Notes: generated by a model not told the origin, from the sequence alone. A stretch of 64,000 nucleotides of DNA from Anaerolineae bacterium (GCA_025062375.1 JANXAG010000002.1:2101-66100); one strand, 5' to 3'. Shown: positions 30,607-41,287, counted from the stretch's first letter. Numbers and translations are program-made.

Positions 30607-33052
30607 CGGATTCTTTATCCTCCCGTTTATCAGCAAAAACAATCTTAAAGACCTCATCCACGTGCTCTACCAGGACGAAGTTCATCTCTTCCCGGATGTC
30701 CTTGGGGATTTCGGCCAGGTCGGGCTCATTGCGCTTGGGCAGAATTACCGTCCGTATCCCTGCCCTGTGGGCTGCCAGGACCTTTTCCTTGATCCCTCCC
30801 ACTGGTAGTACCTGCCCCCTCAGGGTTATTTCTCCGGTCATGGCAACATCAGGACGGACCGGACGGTTGGTGAGGAGAGACACCAGGGCCACGGCCATGG
30901 TAATTCCCGCCGATGGGCCATCCTTGGGGATAGCTCCGGCAGGAACATGGAGGTGGATGTCATGCTTCTCAAAGAAATCATCTTCAAGGCCAAACTCTTT
31001 GGCTTTGGAGCGAACATAACTTAAGGCGGCCTGGGCCGATTCTTTCATGACTTCTCCAAGCTGGCCTGTCAATATAAAGCCTTTCCTTCCGGGCATCTTG
31101 GTAGCTTCTACAAAGAGGATATCGCCTCCGGTAGGGGTCCAGGCCACACCTGTGGCTACGCCCGGGATTTCGGTCCTTTCCATCACATCTGAGTAATACC
31201 TGGGCTTGCCCAGGTAATCCACCAGGTCTTTAACATCCACGTGGAAAGGCCCCTGTTCACCGGAGGCCACTCTGGTGGCAATCTTACGGCATATGGCTCC
31301 GATTTCCCTCTCCAGGTTTCGGACCCCGGCCTCACGGGTGTATTCCCTGATTATCTTGCGGATAGCTTCATCGGAAATTGTTACCTCATCCTGGCGAAGG
31401 CTGTTCTCCCGCAATTGCCTTGGCAGGAGGTATTTCTTGGCGATGTGGAGTTTTTCTTCTTCAGTGTAACCGGAGAGCTGGATTACCTCCATTCTATCCA
31501 GGAGGGCCGGGGGTATAGTGTCCAAGACGTTAGCAGTGGTGATGAACATAACCTGCGAAAGGTCAAAGGGCACATCCAGGTAATGGTCCCTGAACTCCCT
31601 GTTCTGTTCTGGATCCAGGACTTCCAGGAGGGCTGCGGCGGGGTCGCCCCGGAAATCAAGCCCGATTTTGTCCACCTCATCCAGCATGAAGACGGGGTTC
31701 TTGGTTCCGACCCTCCGGATGGCCTGGATTATTCGGCCGGGCAGGGCGCCAACGTAAGTCCGGCGGTGGCCCCTTATTTCGGCTTCATCCCGCACTCCTC
31801 CCAAGCTTATGCGGATGAACTTGCGACCCAGAGCCCTGGCTATGGACTGACCAAGGGAGGTTTTGCCCGTTCCTGGAGGACCTACAAAGCACAGGATTAC
31901 ACCTTCTCTCTCCCGGCGGATGTAGTCAGTAAGCTGGGCCTCTTCTCTTGCCCTCTCCTCTTTCCTGTCCTGTTTTAGCTTGCGGACAGCAAGATATTCA
32001 AGGATTCGCTCCTTCACCTTTTCAAGGTTATAGTGGTCTTCGTCCAAAATGCGCCTTGCCCGTTCTATGTCCAGGTTATCCTCGGTGGCCACATTCCAGG
32101 GCAGGCTCGTAAGCCAGTCCAGGTAAGTCCTGATGACGGAATATTCGGCAGCAGCGGGAGGCATTTTGCGCAAGCGTTCCAGCTCCCTCCTGGCTTCCTT
32201 TTCTGCCTCTTCTGGCATACCGGCCTTGGCTATTTTCTCCTCCAGCTCCCTTATCTCAAGGGCTTGCTCATCTTCCTCGCCCAGTTCCTTCTTTATGGCT
32301 TTGAGCTGTTCCCTGAGGAAGAATTCCCGCTGAAGCCTTTCCATCTCGGCCTGAGCCTGGCTCTGAATCTTGCGGCCCAGCTCCAGGACTTCCAGCTCCC
32401 TGGTGAGGATAGTATTGAGCTTGTGGAGTTTATCCCGCACGTGGTCCAATTCCAGAAGCTCCTGAGCTTCTTTAACGTCCATCCTCACTGTAGTAGCTAT
32501 GAGGTAGGCCAACTGCCTTGGGTCATCCACGTTCAGGACCGCCGCCATTAGCTCTTCGGGGAGGTGTGGAGCAAGGGATACCAGGCGCCGGAAGAGATCC
32601 ACACAGTTGCGCATCAGGGCTTCCACTTCTATGGTCTTTTCCACAATCTCGGGTGCTGGCCTCACCCTGGCCCTGAGGTATGGGACCTCCTGAGTGAACC
32701 TTTCAATCCGGAACCTCTCCACCCCCTGAACGATGAGGCGCAGAGTGCCATCGGGAGCTTTGAACAACCGGTGGATTATAGCCGCAGTGCCGGTCCAGAA
32801 AATGTCGTTGGGGCCTGGTTCCGGAATTTCGGCATCCTTGGCGGCCACAAGTCCTATCAACTTATTGCCTACCACTGCATCATCCACGAGTCTTATAGAT
32901 CTTGGCTGACCAACGCTCAAAGGAAACACCGTGAGAGGATAGGCCACCACCTTCCGCAAGGGAAGGATTGAAAGCTCCTCGGGAATTTCAACCCCGCTTT
33001 GAACCTCAACTTTCTGTTCCGGAACTTCTTCCTTCTTGAAGAAAAAGGCCAT
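30545..33052 (-). CDS. lon: ATP-dependent protease La (Lon)
   Basis: Motifs 'GPPGTGKTS', 'LDEVDK', 'PKDGPSAG' and 'GGIKEK'. Confidence 0.97.
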   Translation of the reverse strand: MAFFFKKEEVPEQKVEVQSGVEIPEELSILPLRKVVAYPLTVFPLSVGQPRSIRLVDDAVVGNKLIGLVAAKDAEIPEPGPNDIFWTGTAAIIHRLFKAPDGTLRLIVQGVERFRIERFTQEVPYLRARVRPAPEIVEKTIEVEALMRNCVDLFRRLVSLAPHLPEELMAAVLNVDDPRQLAYLIATTVRMDVKEAQELLELDHVRDKLHKLNTILTRELEVLELGRKIQSQAQAEMERLQREFFLREQLKAIKKELGEEDEQALEIRELEEKIAKAGMPEEAEKEARRELERLRKMPPAAAEYSVIRTYLDWLTSLPWNVATEDNLDIERARRILDEDHYNLEKVKERILEYLAVRKLKQDRKEERAREEAQLTDYIRREREGVILCFVGPPGTGKTSLGQSIARALGRKFIRISLGGVRDEAEIRGHRRTYVGALPGRIIQAIRRVGTKNPVFMLDEVDKIGLDFRGDPAAALLEVLDPEQNREFRDHYLDVPFDLSQVMFITTANVLDTIPPALLDRMEVIQLSGYTEEEKLHIAKKYLLPRQLRENSLRQDEVTISDEAIRKIIREYTREAGVRNLEREIGAICRKIATRVASGEQGPFHVDVKDLVDYLGKPRYYSDVMERTEIPGVATGVAWTPTGGDILFVEATKMPGRKGFILTGQLGEVMKESAQAALSYVRSKAKEFGLEDDFFEKHDIHLHVPAGAIPKDGPSAGITMAVALVSLLTNRPVRPDVAMTGEITLRGQVLPVGGIKEKVLAAHRAGIRTVILPKRNEPDLAEIPKDIREEMNFVLVEHVDEVFKIVFADKREDKESDESKASYSGPDTGPSEPGTS

Positions 33053-33064
33053 ATTTTCACCTCC

Positions 33065-33493
33065 TCATTTTGAAGGCAAAAGGTCTATGGTTTCATGAGG
33101 CTTGAGTTTAATGGCTTTTGCCTTTGGGATTAAAACCTTAAGGAAGCCGTCTTCGTAAACGGCTTCAATTTTGTCTTCCTCAACAGGGCCCGGGATGTAA
33201 ACCTGGGTCTCAAAGCGACCGTAAAGGATTTCCATCTGCTGGTAAGTAAGCTTTTCAGCTGGATCCACCCGAACCCCGGAAATGGTTAGGGTGCGGGAAG
33301 AGAAAGAAATCTCAAAATCTTCGGGTTTCATCCCGGCCACTTCCACCTTCACCACAACGTGGGAATCGGTCTCATACACATCAGTAGGTGGCTTCCAGAC
33401 CCTTCGGGCGCGGGGTAAAGGGGTTATTGCCCCTTCAAAAAATTCCACCCGCCACCCGTAAATGCCATCCATCCAGTCTTTATCCTTTGCCAT
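33065..33493 (-). CDS. Hsp20/alpha-crystallin small heat-shock protein
   Basis: 'WKPPTDVYET', 'YGRFE', 'AVYEDGFLKV.IPK'. Upstream minus-strand promoter TTGTAA-17 nt-TAAAAT. Confidence 0.9.
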   Translation of the reverse strand: MAKDKDWMDGIYGWRVEFFEGAITPLPRARRVWKPPTDVYETDSHVVVKVEVAGMKPEDFEISFSSRTLTISGVRVDPAEKLTYQQMEILYGRFETQVYIPGPVEEDKIEAVYEDGFLKVLIPKAKAIKLKPHETIDLLPSK

Positions 33494-33755
33494 CTTAATT
33501 CCCCCATCTATGGTTTCCATTTTGATTTTACCATACAAGCTATCAAGTTACAAGCATTTTGAAGCCGTCCGAACTCCTGCTCGGGAGATCTTCCACTTCC
33601 GTAAGCTCAGAGCCAACATGGTTCCAGGACTCTTTCGCGAGCGGGTCGCAAACCGCATTTTGCTCGTGCAGGCCTTAAACTCTTACGCAGATGAATCCTG
33701 CTGAGGGGCGGAGGCTATGGATGTTAGCGGGGATTGAGGCTCAGCTCAACGCACT

Positions 33756-34628
33756 TTACATATCGAGGGGCTCGCTGCTTTCCCCAGGGAATATCTTTAA
33801 AAGCCTTGCTGCATTTTCCCCCAGGATCCGTTCAAGACCTCGCTGGGATAGGCCTGAATTTTTCACCTGTTCTACAAATGGGCCTGGTCTTACCAGGGGA
33901 AAATCAGTGCCAAAGAGGATTTTGTAGCGCAGAAGTTCCCCTACTATGGGGAATATCTGGATGTCATAGAGGAAAGGCGTGGCAGCGGTATCGTAGTAAA
34001 CGCGGCTCAACCTTTCCCTCACTTTGGGCATGAGTTCATAGAAGGGAAGACCACCACCCCAGTGGCTGCAGACGAGGGTCAGCTCCGGGTGGTGCTGGAT
34101 AAAGTTATAGACGATCCCAGGGCTTATGGTGCCCTTGCCCCGGTAGTTGTGGCCCACAGGCTCGCTGGTGTGGACCATCAAGGGAACATCGTAGGCCACG
34201 GCCGCCGCTACTATGGGCGTCATTATATCCTCATCATCCAGAGCATAGCCCTGACCATTGGGCATAAGCTCTCCTATTCCTCTCATCCCGCCCTCTATGC
34301 AACGCTCTATCTCGCGCACCGCTTCATTCCCAGCCCTCGGCTGGACAGCAACAAAGCCATAGATCCGGCCTGGATAACGCTTCATAACATCCAGAACATA
34401 GTCATTGCAACAGCGGCACAAACCCATATCGGACCAGGCAAAGGAAAAAGCCACCGCTGCATCTATCCCATCCTCATCCATCACTTGGATAAGTTCTTCC
34501 GCTGTAATCATCCTGGCCCTTGGGCTGGAATAAAGCACCTCAAACCACCGATCTCTCCGGAAGAACTTTTCCCGGTTTTTAATCACCTCAGGAGGGAAAA
34601 TATGGACGTGGAAGTCAATTATCCTCAC
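33756..34628 (-). CDS. Amidohydrolase family 2 (TIM-barrel metallohydrolase)
   Basis: Motifs 'IIDFHVH', 'GIGEL', 'SHWGGG', 'YYDTAA' and 'ILFGTDFP'. Confidence 0.88.
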   Translation of the reverse strand: MRIIDFHVHIFPPEVIKNREKFFRRDRWFEVLYSSPRARMITAEELIQVMDEDGIDAAVAFSFAWSDMGLCRCCNDYVLDVMKRYPGRIYGFVAVQPRAGNEAVREIERCIEGGMRGIGELMPNGQGYALDDEDIMTPIVAAAVAYDVPLMVHTSEPVGHNYRGKGTISPGIVYNFIQHHPELTLVCSHWGGGLPFYELMPKVRERLSRVYYDTAATPFLYDIQIFPIVGELLRYKILFGTDFPLVRPGPFVEQVKNSGLSQRGLERILGENAARLLKIFPGESSEPLDM

Positions 34629-34638
34629 GGCAACCTCC

Positions 34639-36105
34639 TCACAGAGGTGGCCTCCTCAAATGCCAGGAATTAGCCTGCTCATAAGCGTAAGCAACTTTCA
34701 GGATTATCTCCTCGCCGAAGGCGGGCCCCATTATCTGGAAGCCGACGGGCAAACCCCCGGAGAAGCCGCAGGGAATGGATATAGCGCATATCCCCGCCAG
34801 GTTAACAGGGATAGTGAAAACGTCGGAAAGATACATTTTGAGGGGATCCTCCACCTTTTCCCCGAGCTTGAAAGCCACCGTAGGGGAGGTTGGAGCTACG
34901 ATCACATCAACTTTCTCAAAGGCTTCGTCAAAATCCTTTTTGATAAGGGTGCGGACTTTCTGGGCCTTGAGGTAATAAGCATCGTAGTATCCGGCCGAAA
35001 GGGCATAGGTTCCCAGCATTATACGCCTTTTGACTTCCGGCCCGAAGCCGTTGCCCCTGGTTAAGCGATATTCATCCCAAAGATCAGAAGCGGGCAAATG
35101 AAGCCCGTATTTAACCCCATCGTAACGGGCCAGGTTGGCCGACGCTTCCGCCGGAGCAATGAGGTAGTAAGCGGGAAGGGCATATTCAGTATGAGGCAAA
35201 CTTATTTCCACCACTTCTGCCCCGAGCTCTTCCAGGCATTCTATGGCTTCGCGTATAGCTCTTTCAACTCCCTCCTCCATCCCTTCAATGAAATATTCCT
35301 TCGGCACCCCCACTCTGACCCCCTTTATTTCGGGGATGAGGGCTTTAAAGTAATCAGGGACGGGAATATCAACAGAAGTTGAATCCTTCGGATCGTGGCC
35401 AGCTATGATGGAAAGCATCAGGGCTGCATCCGTAACGTCCTTAACTATAGGGCCGATCTGGTCCAGAGAGGAAGCATAGGCTATAAGGCCGAAACGGCTG
35501 ACCCGTCCATAGGATGGCTTAAGGCCTGTCACTCCACAGAAAGCAGCGGGCTGGCGAACACTCCCTCCAGTATCGGTGCCCAAGGAGCCAAAGCATTCCC
35601 CTGCCGCTACTGCAGCAGCGCTCCCTCCACTTGACCCCCCAGGAACCCTCTCCAGATCCCATGGATTGCGGGTGGGGAAAAAGCCTGAGTTTTCCGTTGA
35701 AGAGCCCATTGCAAACTCGTCCAAGTTTGTCTTACCCACTATGACTGCTCCCGCCTCCTTCAGCCTGACTACAACTGTGGCATCGTAAGGGGGAACGAAA
35801 TTTTCCAGGATGCGTGAGCCACAGGTGGTACGAATCCCTTCAGTGCATATTATGTCCTTTATGGAAATGGGAACCCCAAGGAGAGGGCTGAAATCTTCCC
35901 CAGCCCGACGGTAACGCTGGATTTTCTCATCGGCGAGGCGAGCCTGCTCCAGAGCCTGTTCCGGAGTTAAAGTTATGTAAGCTTTGACGAGGTTTTCCAC
36001 CCCCTCAATCCGCCGGAGGACTGCCTCCGTGAGCTCAAAGGAAGTTACCTGTCCTTCTTTAAGGAGTTTGTGCGCCTGATGGATGGTCAAATGATGGAGG
36101 TCCAT
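34639..36105 (-). CDS. gatA: Asp/Glu-tRNA(Asn/Gln) amidotransferase subunit A
   Basis: Amidase signature '[12 protein letters not shown]', '[12 protein letters not shown]'; '[11 protein letters not shown]'; 'EVKRRIMLG'. Confidence 0.97.
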   Translation of the reverse strand: MDLHHLTIHQAHKLLKEGQVTSFELTEAVLRRIEGVENLVKAYITLTPEQALEQARLADEKIQRYRRAGEDFSPLLGVPISIKDIICTEGIRTTCGSRILENFVPPYDATVVVRLKEAGAVIVGKTNLDEFAMGSSTENSGFFPTRNPWDLERVPGGSSGGSAAAVAAGECFGSLGTDTGGSVRQPAAFCGVTGLKPSYGRVSRFGLIAYASSLDQIGPIVKDVTDAALMLSIIAGHDPKDSTSVDIPVPDYFKALIPEIKGVRVGVPKEYFIEGMEEGVERAIREAIECLEELGAEVVEISLPHTEYALPAYYLIAPAEASANLARYDGVKYGLHLPASDLWDEYRLTRGNGFGPEVKRRIMLGTYALSAGYYDAYYLKAQKVRTLIKKDFDEAFEKVDVIVAPTSPTVAFKLGEKVEDPLKMYLSDVFTIPVNLAGICAISIPCGFSGGLPVGFQIMGPAFGEEIILKVAYAYEQANSWHLRRPPL

Positions 36106-36116
36106 CGCTGGGCCCT

Positions 36117-36404
36117 TTATTCCAAGACTGCCCTGACTTTTACATAGCCCTCAGCCTTTTGAGGGGCATTAGCCAGGATTTTATCCCTTTCAAAAGAATG
36201 GCCTGGAATATCCTCGCGCATCACATTGCGTAGAGGGAGAACCGTAGCCGTGGGCGGTATAGCTGAAGTATCCACTTCCTGAAGCCTGGCAAAGTATTCC
36301 AGGATAGCCGAAAGCTGCCGCTGCATTCTTTCTTTTTCTTCTTCAGTTAGATAAAGTTTTGCTAATTCGGCTATGTGCTCCACTTCTTCCTTGGTTATGG
36401 CCAT
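36117..36404 (-). CDS. gatC: Asp/Glu-tRNA(Asn/Gln) amidotransferase subunit C
   Basis: '[15 protein letters not shown]', 'NVMRED', 'LANAP'; adjacent to gatA. Confidence 0.95.
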   Translation of the reverse strand: MAITKEEVEHIAELAKLYLTEEEKERMQRQLSAILEYFARLQEVDTSAIPPTATVLPLRNVMREDIPGHSFERDKILANAPQKAEGYVKVRAVLE

Positions 36405-36407
36405 ACA

Positions 36408-37367
36408 TTATCCCCCCAGCATACCCTTTATGATGATATCAACTGCCTCTTCTTCCGAAAGGCCGCGGGCCATCAGAGTCTCAAGCCCCTTTTTATCTAC
36501 AGTTCCTATAGCTGCCTCATGGGTTACGTGAGCGGTAGGATCTCTCACCAAAACAATCGGAATAGCGTTGGCGATGGCTTCATCTCGCACGATCTCTATG
36601 CAATCCAGGTGCCCACGGGTGAAGGGGGCATTGCCCTCGGTGATGCCGTGAACTTCGCTTCTGGCCTTTCCCCTTACCGCTATGCGGGCTTTCGTTAACC
36701 CCCTGGCTCTTTCCCCGTTAAGGCGTATGGTCTCTTTTATAATGATTGAATCTTCCCCATAACCGTAAGCTTTAGCCACCAGCTCTGCCACACCCTTTGG
36801 TCCCACATCCACTACATAGTTTAGCTCCAACTTGCCCACCCGCCCGGAGGTCAGGACAAATTCTGAAAAATAGCGGCCTTCTTCTTCCACGATAACCTTT
36901 GCTTGCGGCAGGACTACTGTCCCACCATGTTCGCCGTGGTAATGGCTCTCGCGATAATGCATCAATGCACCCTTGCTCACGCGGACTTCAGCATCCATAA
37001 CGTGTCTGACATTCACAGCATTGGGAAAAGTGCAATGGGTGACGAAAGCTACCCACGCTCCTTCTCCTATTTCAAACTGGGAGTAAATCTCTTGCTCACC
37101 CTCCTTAGGCAAGAGTCCGAAACAAAGGTGCACCGGATATTCCAGACGAACCCCCGGCTCCACTTTTACCCTGGCCCTTACGCCCGAAGGAAGCTCTTCA
37201 GACTCCAGGCGGATTCCAGGGATTTCGTTGACCAGAAGGACTTTATTGCCACTTACCACAAGGCTGGCAATGCGAGGGGACCTGAAGACCTCCGGTTTAC
37301 CCCCCGCCTTCTCATAAGCTTTCACTATGGCCTCAAAATCTGTAGATATCCTATAAGTAACGCTCAT
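36408..37367 (-). CDS. Short SufB/SufD-family Fe-S scaffold (SmsB-like)
   Basis: 'PVHLCFG', 'HCTFP', 'GHLDCIE', 'HVTHEAAIG', 'LMARGLSEEEA'; only 319 aa. Confidence 0.9.
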   Translation of the reverse strand: MSVTYRISTDFEAIVKAYEKAGGKPEVFRSPRIASLVVSGNKVLLVNEIPGIRLESEELPSGVRARVKVEPGVRLEYPVHLCFGLLPKEGEQEIYSQFEIGEGAWVAFVTHCTFPNAVNVRHVMDAEVRVSKGALMHYRESHYHGEHGGTVVLPQAKVIVEEEGRYFSEFVLTSGRVGKLELNYVVDVGPKGVAELVAKAYGYGEDSIIIKETIRLNGERARGLTKARIAVRGKARSEVHGITEGNAPFTRGHLDCIEIVRDEAIANAIPIVLVRDPTAHVTHEAAIGTVDKKGLETLMARGLSEEEAVDIIIKGMLGG

Positions 37368-38100
37368 AGTCCCTGGAAGTCTCCACAGGTTCTACCAGTT
37401 CACAGGGCAGGCAGCGGCGAGCGTAGTGCTCCCGCACAACCTTTGGATCGCCAGTGCGGATTATTTCCCCACCGCATATAAGGGAAGCAACATCGGCTAC
37501 GGGAACCATTTCATCCCTGTGAGTTATGAGGATGACCGTGATGCCCTCGCGAGCCATCCGGCGTATCAGGCGAGCAATGTCATCAAGGGAAAGAACGTCA
37601 ATGCCCGAGTCAGGCTCGTCCAGAATAACCAGTTTCGGGTGCATGGCGTATACAGCGGCCAGCTCAACGCGCTTACGCTCCCCTCCCGAAAGGCTTTCAT
37701 CCACAAATCGGTCCATGTATTCGGCGGGAGGAAGAGCTACCGCTTTCAGTGCCTCTTCAATGCGTGGGAGGGATGGTTCTCTCATCCCCAGCGCTATGTA
37801 ATCTTTAACCTTTAAACCCTCAAAACGAGCTGGCTCCTGCCAGGCCAGGGTTATGCCGAGTCTCGCCCTCTCGGTGATGGAAAAGCCCGTAATGTCCTGC
37901 CCCTTAAAGAGAATTCTCCCCCGCGAGGGGTTGTATCCTCCGGAGCCGATAAGGGTGTAAGCTAAGGTCGATTTGCCAGAACCATTGCGACCCAAAAGGC
38001 AATGGATTGTGCCTTCTTCCACCACCAGATTAACCCCCCGCAGTATTTCCTTTCCTTCCCTTTCCAGCCACAACTCTTCAACTCTCAGGATTTCCCCCAT
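37351..38100 (-). CDS. SufC-family ABC ATPase (SmsC-like) with C-terminal Cys motif
   Basis: 'GRNGSGKST', 'ITERARLGI', 'LSGGERKRVE', 'DEPDSGID', and C-terminal 'LICGG...RCLPC'. Confidence 0.9.
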   Translation of the reverse strand: MGEILRVEELWLEREGKEILRGVNLVVEEGTIHCLLGRNGSGKSTLAYTLIGSGGYNPSRGRILFKGQDITGFSITERARLGITLAWQEPARFEGLKVKDYIALGMREPSLPRIEEALKAVALPPAEYMDRFVDESLSGGERKRVELAAVYAMHPKLVILDEPDSGIDVLSLDDIARLIRRMAREGITVILITHRDEMVPVADVASLICGGEIIRTGDPKVVREHYARRCLPCELVEPVETSRDYERYL

Positions 38101-38119
38101 AGTCCACACCTCTCTTTTA

Positions 38120-38158
38120 ACTATAACCTATAACGGGTGCATAGTCAAATAAACTATG
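38120..38158 (-). promoter_or_regulatory. Promoter of the smsCB-gatCA operon with a palindromic operator over the -35
   Basis: Minus strand TTGACT-17 nt-TATAGT; inverted repeat CATAGT-N7-ACTATG at 38140-38158. Confidence 0.65.
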
Positions 38159-38304
38159 AGGCCGTTTGTATCAAAACTTCCCAGCTAAACCTACGGGCTC
38201 ACTCATGAGCTCATCGTTGGACATGGCAACGCCATGCCTCTGGAATTTCCCAGAGAACCGAGCTTTCGTGGGCCGGGGTTTGGCCTGGATGTGTTCGCCG
38301 CCGG

Positions 38305-39069
38305 TTAAATTGCGACGGAAACGCTGGAATCTTCCAGAATTTCCAGCAGACCTTTCTCCCACCGGACAAGCTCTTCAAGGTAGCGCTCCCGAGGTCGCGG
38401 AATATCTATCGTAAAAGTGGCCTTAACTGTGCCAGGCCTCGGGGTTAAGACTACGATGCGGTCGGCAAGGGTGAGAGCCTCACGGATGCTGTGGGTCACG
38501 AAAAGGACGGTTTTGCCGTACTCCATCCATATGCGCTCTAACTCTCTCTGGAGCTGTCTCCTCGTTATCGCATCAACGGAAGCGAAAGGCTCATCCATCA
38601 ACAGCAGCTCGGGGTCCACGGCGAGAGCACGTGCAAGAGCCACCCGCTGCTGCATTCCCCCTGAAAGTTCGTGAGGGTAAAAATTTTCAAATCCCGCAAG
38701 CCCAACCTTCTGGATGAGGCCACAGGAGATGCGCTTCCGCTCCTCCGGAGGAATGCCCGCCATCCTTAATCCGAATTCCACGTTCCCTTTAACCGTTAAC
38801 CAGGGGAACAGCGTATACTCCTGGAAAATGATGACACGCTCTTTGCTCCACCCTTCAACTCTGCGTCCTTTGAAAAGCACTTCACCTTCAGAGGGTCTCT
38901 CCAAGCCTGCCACTATCTGCAGCAGGGTGGTTTTCCCGCATCCTGAAGGGCCGATTATGGCTATGAATTCCCCTTTTTCTACCTCAAAACTTACCCCTCT
39001 GAGAGCCTGAATCTCTCCATTGCTCGTTTTAAAGGCCTTACAGACCCCGTGCAGTTTCAAAAAACTCAT
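38305..39069 (-). CDS. NitT/TauT-family ABC transporter ATPase
   Basis: Motifs 'GPSGCGKTT', 'FQEYTLFPW', 'YPHELSGGMQQR' and 'VTHSIREA'. Confidence 0.92.
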   Translation of the reverse strand: MSFLKLHGVCKAFKTSNGEIQALRGVSFEVEKGEFIAIIGPSGCGKTTLLQIVAGLERPSEGEVLFKGRRVEGWSKERVIIFQEYTLFPWLTVKGNVEFGLRMAGIPPEERKRISCGLIQKVGLAGFENFYPHELSGGMQQRVALARALAVDPELLLMDEPFASVDAITRRQLQRELERIWMEYGKTVLFVTHSIREALTLADRIVVLTPRPGTVKATFTIDIPRPRERYLEELVRWEKGLLEILEDSSVSVAI

Positions 39070-39826
39070 AGGCTTCAAGCCCTTTTCTCCATTTCAATAT
39101 CCTGCGTTCCAGAAGCCTCAGGAGGACGTCAAGGCCCAGTCCCAGAGTGCCCACAATCATCATTCCAAGCAGGATATCCTCAGTCCGAAAAAGATTGCGA
39201 GCCTCAATCATCATAAAGCCTATGCCGCCCCTCACGGCTACCATTTCGGCTGCGATTACGCACATCCAGGCCAGGCCCAAACCGATACGCATTTGCGCCA
39301 GGATAGCCGGTGCCAGGTAAGGCAGGACAATGTGAAAAATGGCTTGAGAAGGTGTGGCTCCCAGGGTAAGGCCGGCTTTAATCAGGCGTTTATCCACAGC
39401 TTTAGTTGCGGACAGAGTTCCAACGAGCATGGCGAAAACCGTGCCGATAAAGATTATGAAAACGGCGGGAGCATTGCCGATGCCAAACCAGAGGATAGCC
39501 AGGGGTATCCAGGCAGGCGGGGCCAGAGGCCTCAGAAGGTGAATGAGCATGTCAAAATACTCTTCTAAAGAAGGCATGAGACCGAGTAAAATGCCAGCAG
39601 GAATAGCGACAGTAAAGGCAATGGAGAACCCAAGCAGCACCCTCCAAACGCTTTCCCACACATAAGCAAAGATAAAGCCTTTGACGAACAACTCCTTACC
39701 CCTCAACAGGACCTGGCTAACCGGTGGGAGCAATATGGGGTCTATGATTTTAAATCTGGGCAAAATCTCCCAGAGGGCCAGGAGCACAACCGGGGCGAGC
39801 AGACGCCTGCAAATCTTGGCTGACAT
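39038..39826 (-). CDS. NitT/TauT-family ABC transporter permease
   Basis: Motifs 'LRPLAPPAWIPLAILWFG' and 'IGLGLAWMCVIAAEM'. Confidence 0.92.
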   Translation of the reverse strand: MSAKICRRLLAPVVLLALWEILPRFKIIDPILLPPVSQVLLRGKELFVKGFIFAYVWESVWRVLLGFSIAFTVAIPAGILLGLMPSLEEYFDMLIHLLRPLAPPAWIPLAILWFGIGNAPAVFIIFIGTVFAMLVGTLSATKAVDKRLIKAGLTLGATPSQAIFHIVLPYLAPAILAQMRIGLGLAWMCVIAAEMVAVRGGIGFMMIEARNLFRTEDILLGMMIVGTLGLGLDVLLRLLERRILKWRKGLEAYEFFETARGL

Positions 39827-39827
39827 G

Positions 39828-40793
39828 CTACCTTCCTTTCAACGCCTTCTGGAGAAACTCCAGCGTTAGGAGTTTATCTTCCGGTGGAACTGTTTCAATA
39901 AATCCGTAGCGATGCATAAGCTCGGCCATGAGCTTTATCTCGTCGGGCTCAAACTCGCAACTAATAAGCATCTTATCGGGGGAAAGAGACTCTTCAACCA
40001 GATCCGGGTCAAAAGCTTTCAGATACTCTACTATCGTCTCCGCTGTTTCCCGAGGGTGCTCGTTGGCATAACGGACGGCTCTTACGTGCGCTCTGAGGAT
40101 CTTTTCCAGAACCCCGGGATACCTTTCGGCGAAGTCATTGCGGGCGATAACCACACAGCATGGGTGGTTTTCCCAGTAAGCAGTATAGTAGAACAGAATT
40201 TTCCCCCAGCCATCGCGCACTGCCTGTGTCATAAACGGTTCGGTATTTGAAGAAGCATCAACCTGCCCCGTTTTGAGGGCGCTTATCATATCCCCCAGCT
40301 TACTGAAATACACCAGGGTTACGTCTTTGTGCGGATCAAGCCCCGCTTCCTCCAGTGCCATGAGCAGGAGAACATCAAGTATAGAAGCCCTTATAGTAGC
40401 GATCTTTTTCCCTTTAAGGTCTTGGATGGATTCTATTCCACTATCTGCCCTGACGAGAAGCCCATCGCTACCTCGCCCGGTCATTGCTACGATGCGCACA
40501 GGGACTCCCTCCGCTATGGCAGCTATAGCTACTGTCACGGGCACCGCGCCCATCTGAAATTCCCCACGCTTAAGAGCTTCGATGATTTCAGTATTGGAAG
40601 GCACCAGCTTAACCTCAACATCAACGCCTTCGTCCCTGTAGAAGCCCAGCTTATCGGCAAGGTAAAATGGGGAGTGATCGTTAGCGGTGCGAACACCAAT
40701 AACCACTTTTGAAAGGGGTTTGGGGGAGCACGAACTGGGAAAGAAAACCATCAAAGCAACCAGCAGGGCGGGCACGATTCTCCGCATCTCCAA
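39828..40793 (-). CDS. NitT/TauT (SsuA-like) substrate-binding lipoprotein
   Basis: Signal peptide ending at Cys, 'DLKGKKIA', 'EPF' and 'HPCC'. Upstream minus-strand TTGACA at 40840-40845. Confidence 0.88.
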   Translation of the reverse strand: MEMRRIVPALLVALMVFFPSSCSPKPLSKVVIGVRTANDHSPFYLADKLGFYRDEGVDVEVKLVPSNTEIIEALKRGEFQMGAVPVTVAIAAIAEGVPVRIVAMTGRGSDGLLVRADSGIESIQDLKGKKIATIRASILDVLLLMALEEAGLDPHKDVTLVYFSKLGDMISALKTGQVDASSNTEPFMTQAVRDGWGKILFYYTAYWENHPCCVVIARNDFAERYPGVLEKILRAHVRAVRYANEHPRETAETIVEYLKAFDPDLVEESLSPDKMLISCEFEPDEIKLMAELMHRYGFIETVPPEDKLLTLEFLQKALKGR

Positions 40794-41038
40794 CCTCCTT
40801 CGGGGAGTTTAACTTATATTATCCGTTAACCTGAAAGCTTGTCAAATGTTTACCCAGCTGGCTAACCCCGAAAATTGAAGAGCGGGAAAGGGGGAACAAG
40901 GGGTGTAACATCCTTTCCTCCCCCATCTCACCCGCCCGCTGGCTTCAAAACGATGGCGAAATTTTCTCTCACGAGCGGGGAGAGAAGAGGGCCTTGGGGA
41001 ATGTCCTTTGTGAACTGCTATACCGCTCCTTTTGCGGC

Positions 41039-41287
41039 TCAGGCTGCGGCAAAACGCTCGTAGATATAGTTCACGGCATCGCCAACGGTGATAATCTTCT
41101 GGGCCTCCTCATCAGAAATAGTGCCACCGAAAGCTTCCTCAAAAGCCATCACGAGCTCTACCAAATCCAGAGAATCCGCTTCTAAATCTTCTCTGAACCG
41201 AGCCTCCAGCGTCACTTTCTCTTCGGGGACCCCCAAAACTTCCACGATTATTTTCTTTACCTTCTGGAAAATCTCCTCCTTGGTCAT
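41039..41287 (-). CDS. acpP: Acyl carrier protein
   Basis: '[18 protein letters not shown]'; ATG 41287 after GGAGG. Confidence 0.95.
   Translation of the reverse strand: MTKEEIFQKVKKIIVEVLGVPEEKVTLEARFREDLEADSLDLVELVMAFEEAFGGTISDEEAQKIITVGDAVNYIYERFAAA

Noticed and set aside
33494-33560. CIRCE element upstream of hsp20-lon
   Set aside because: No TTAGCACTC-N9-GAGTGCTAA seen.
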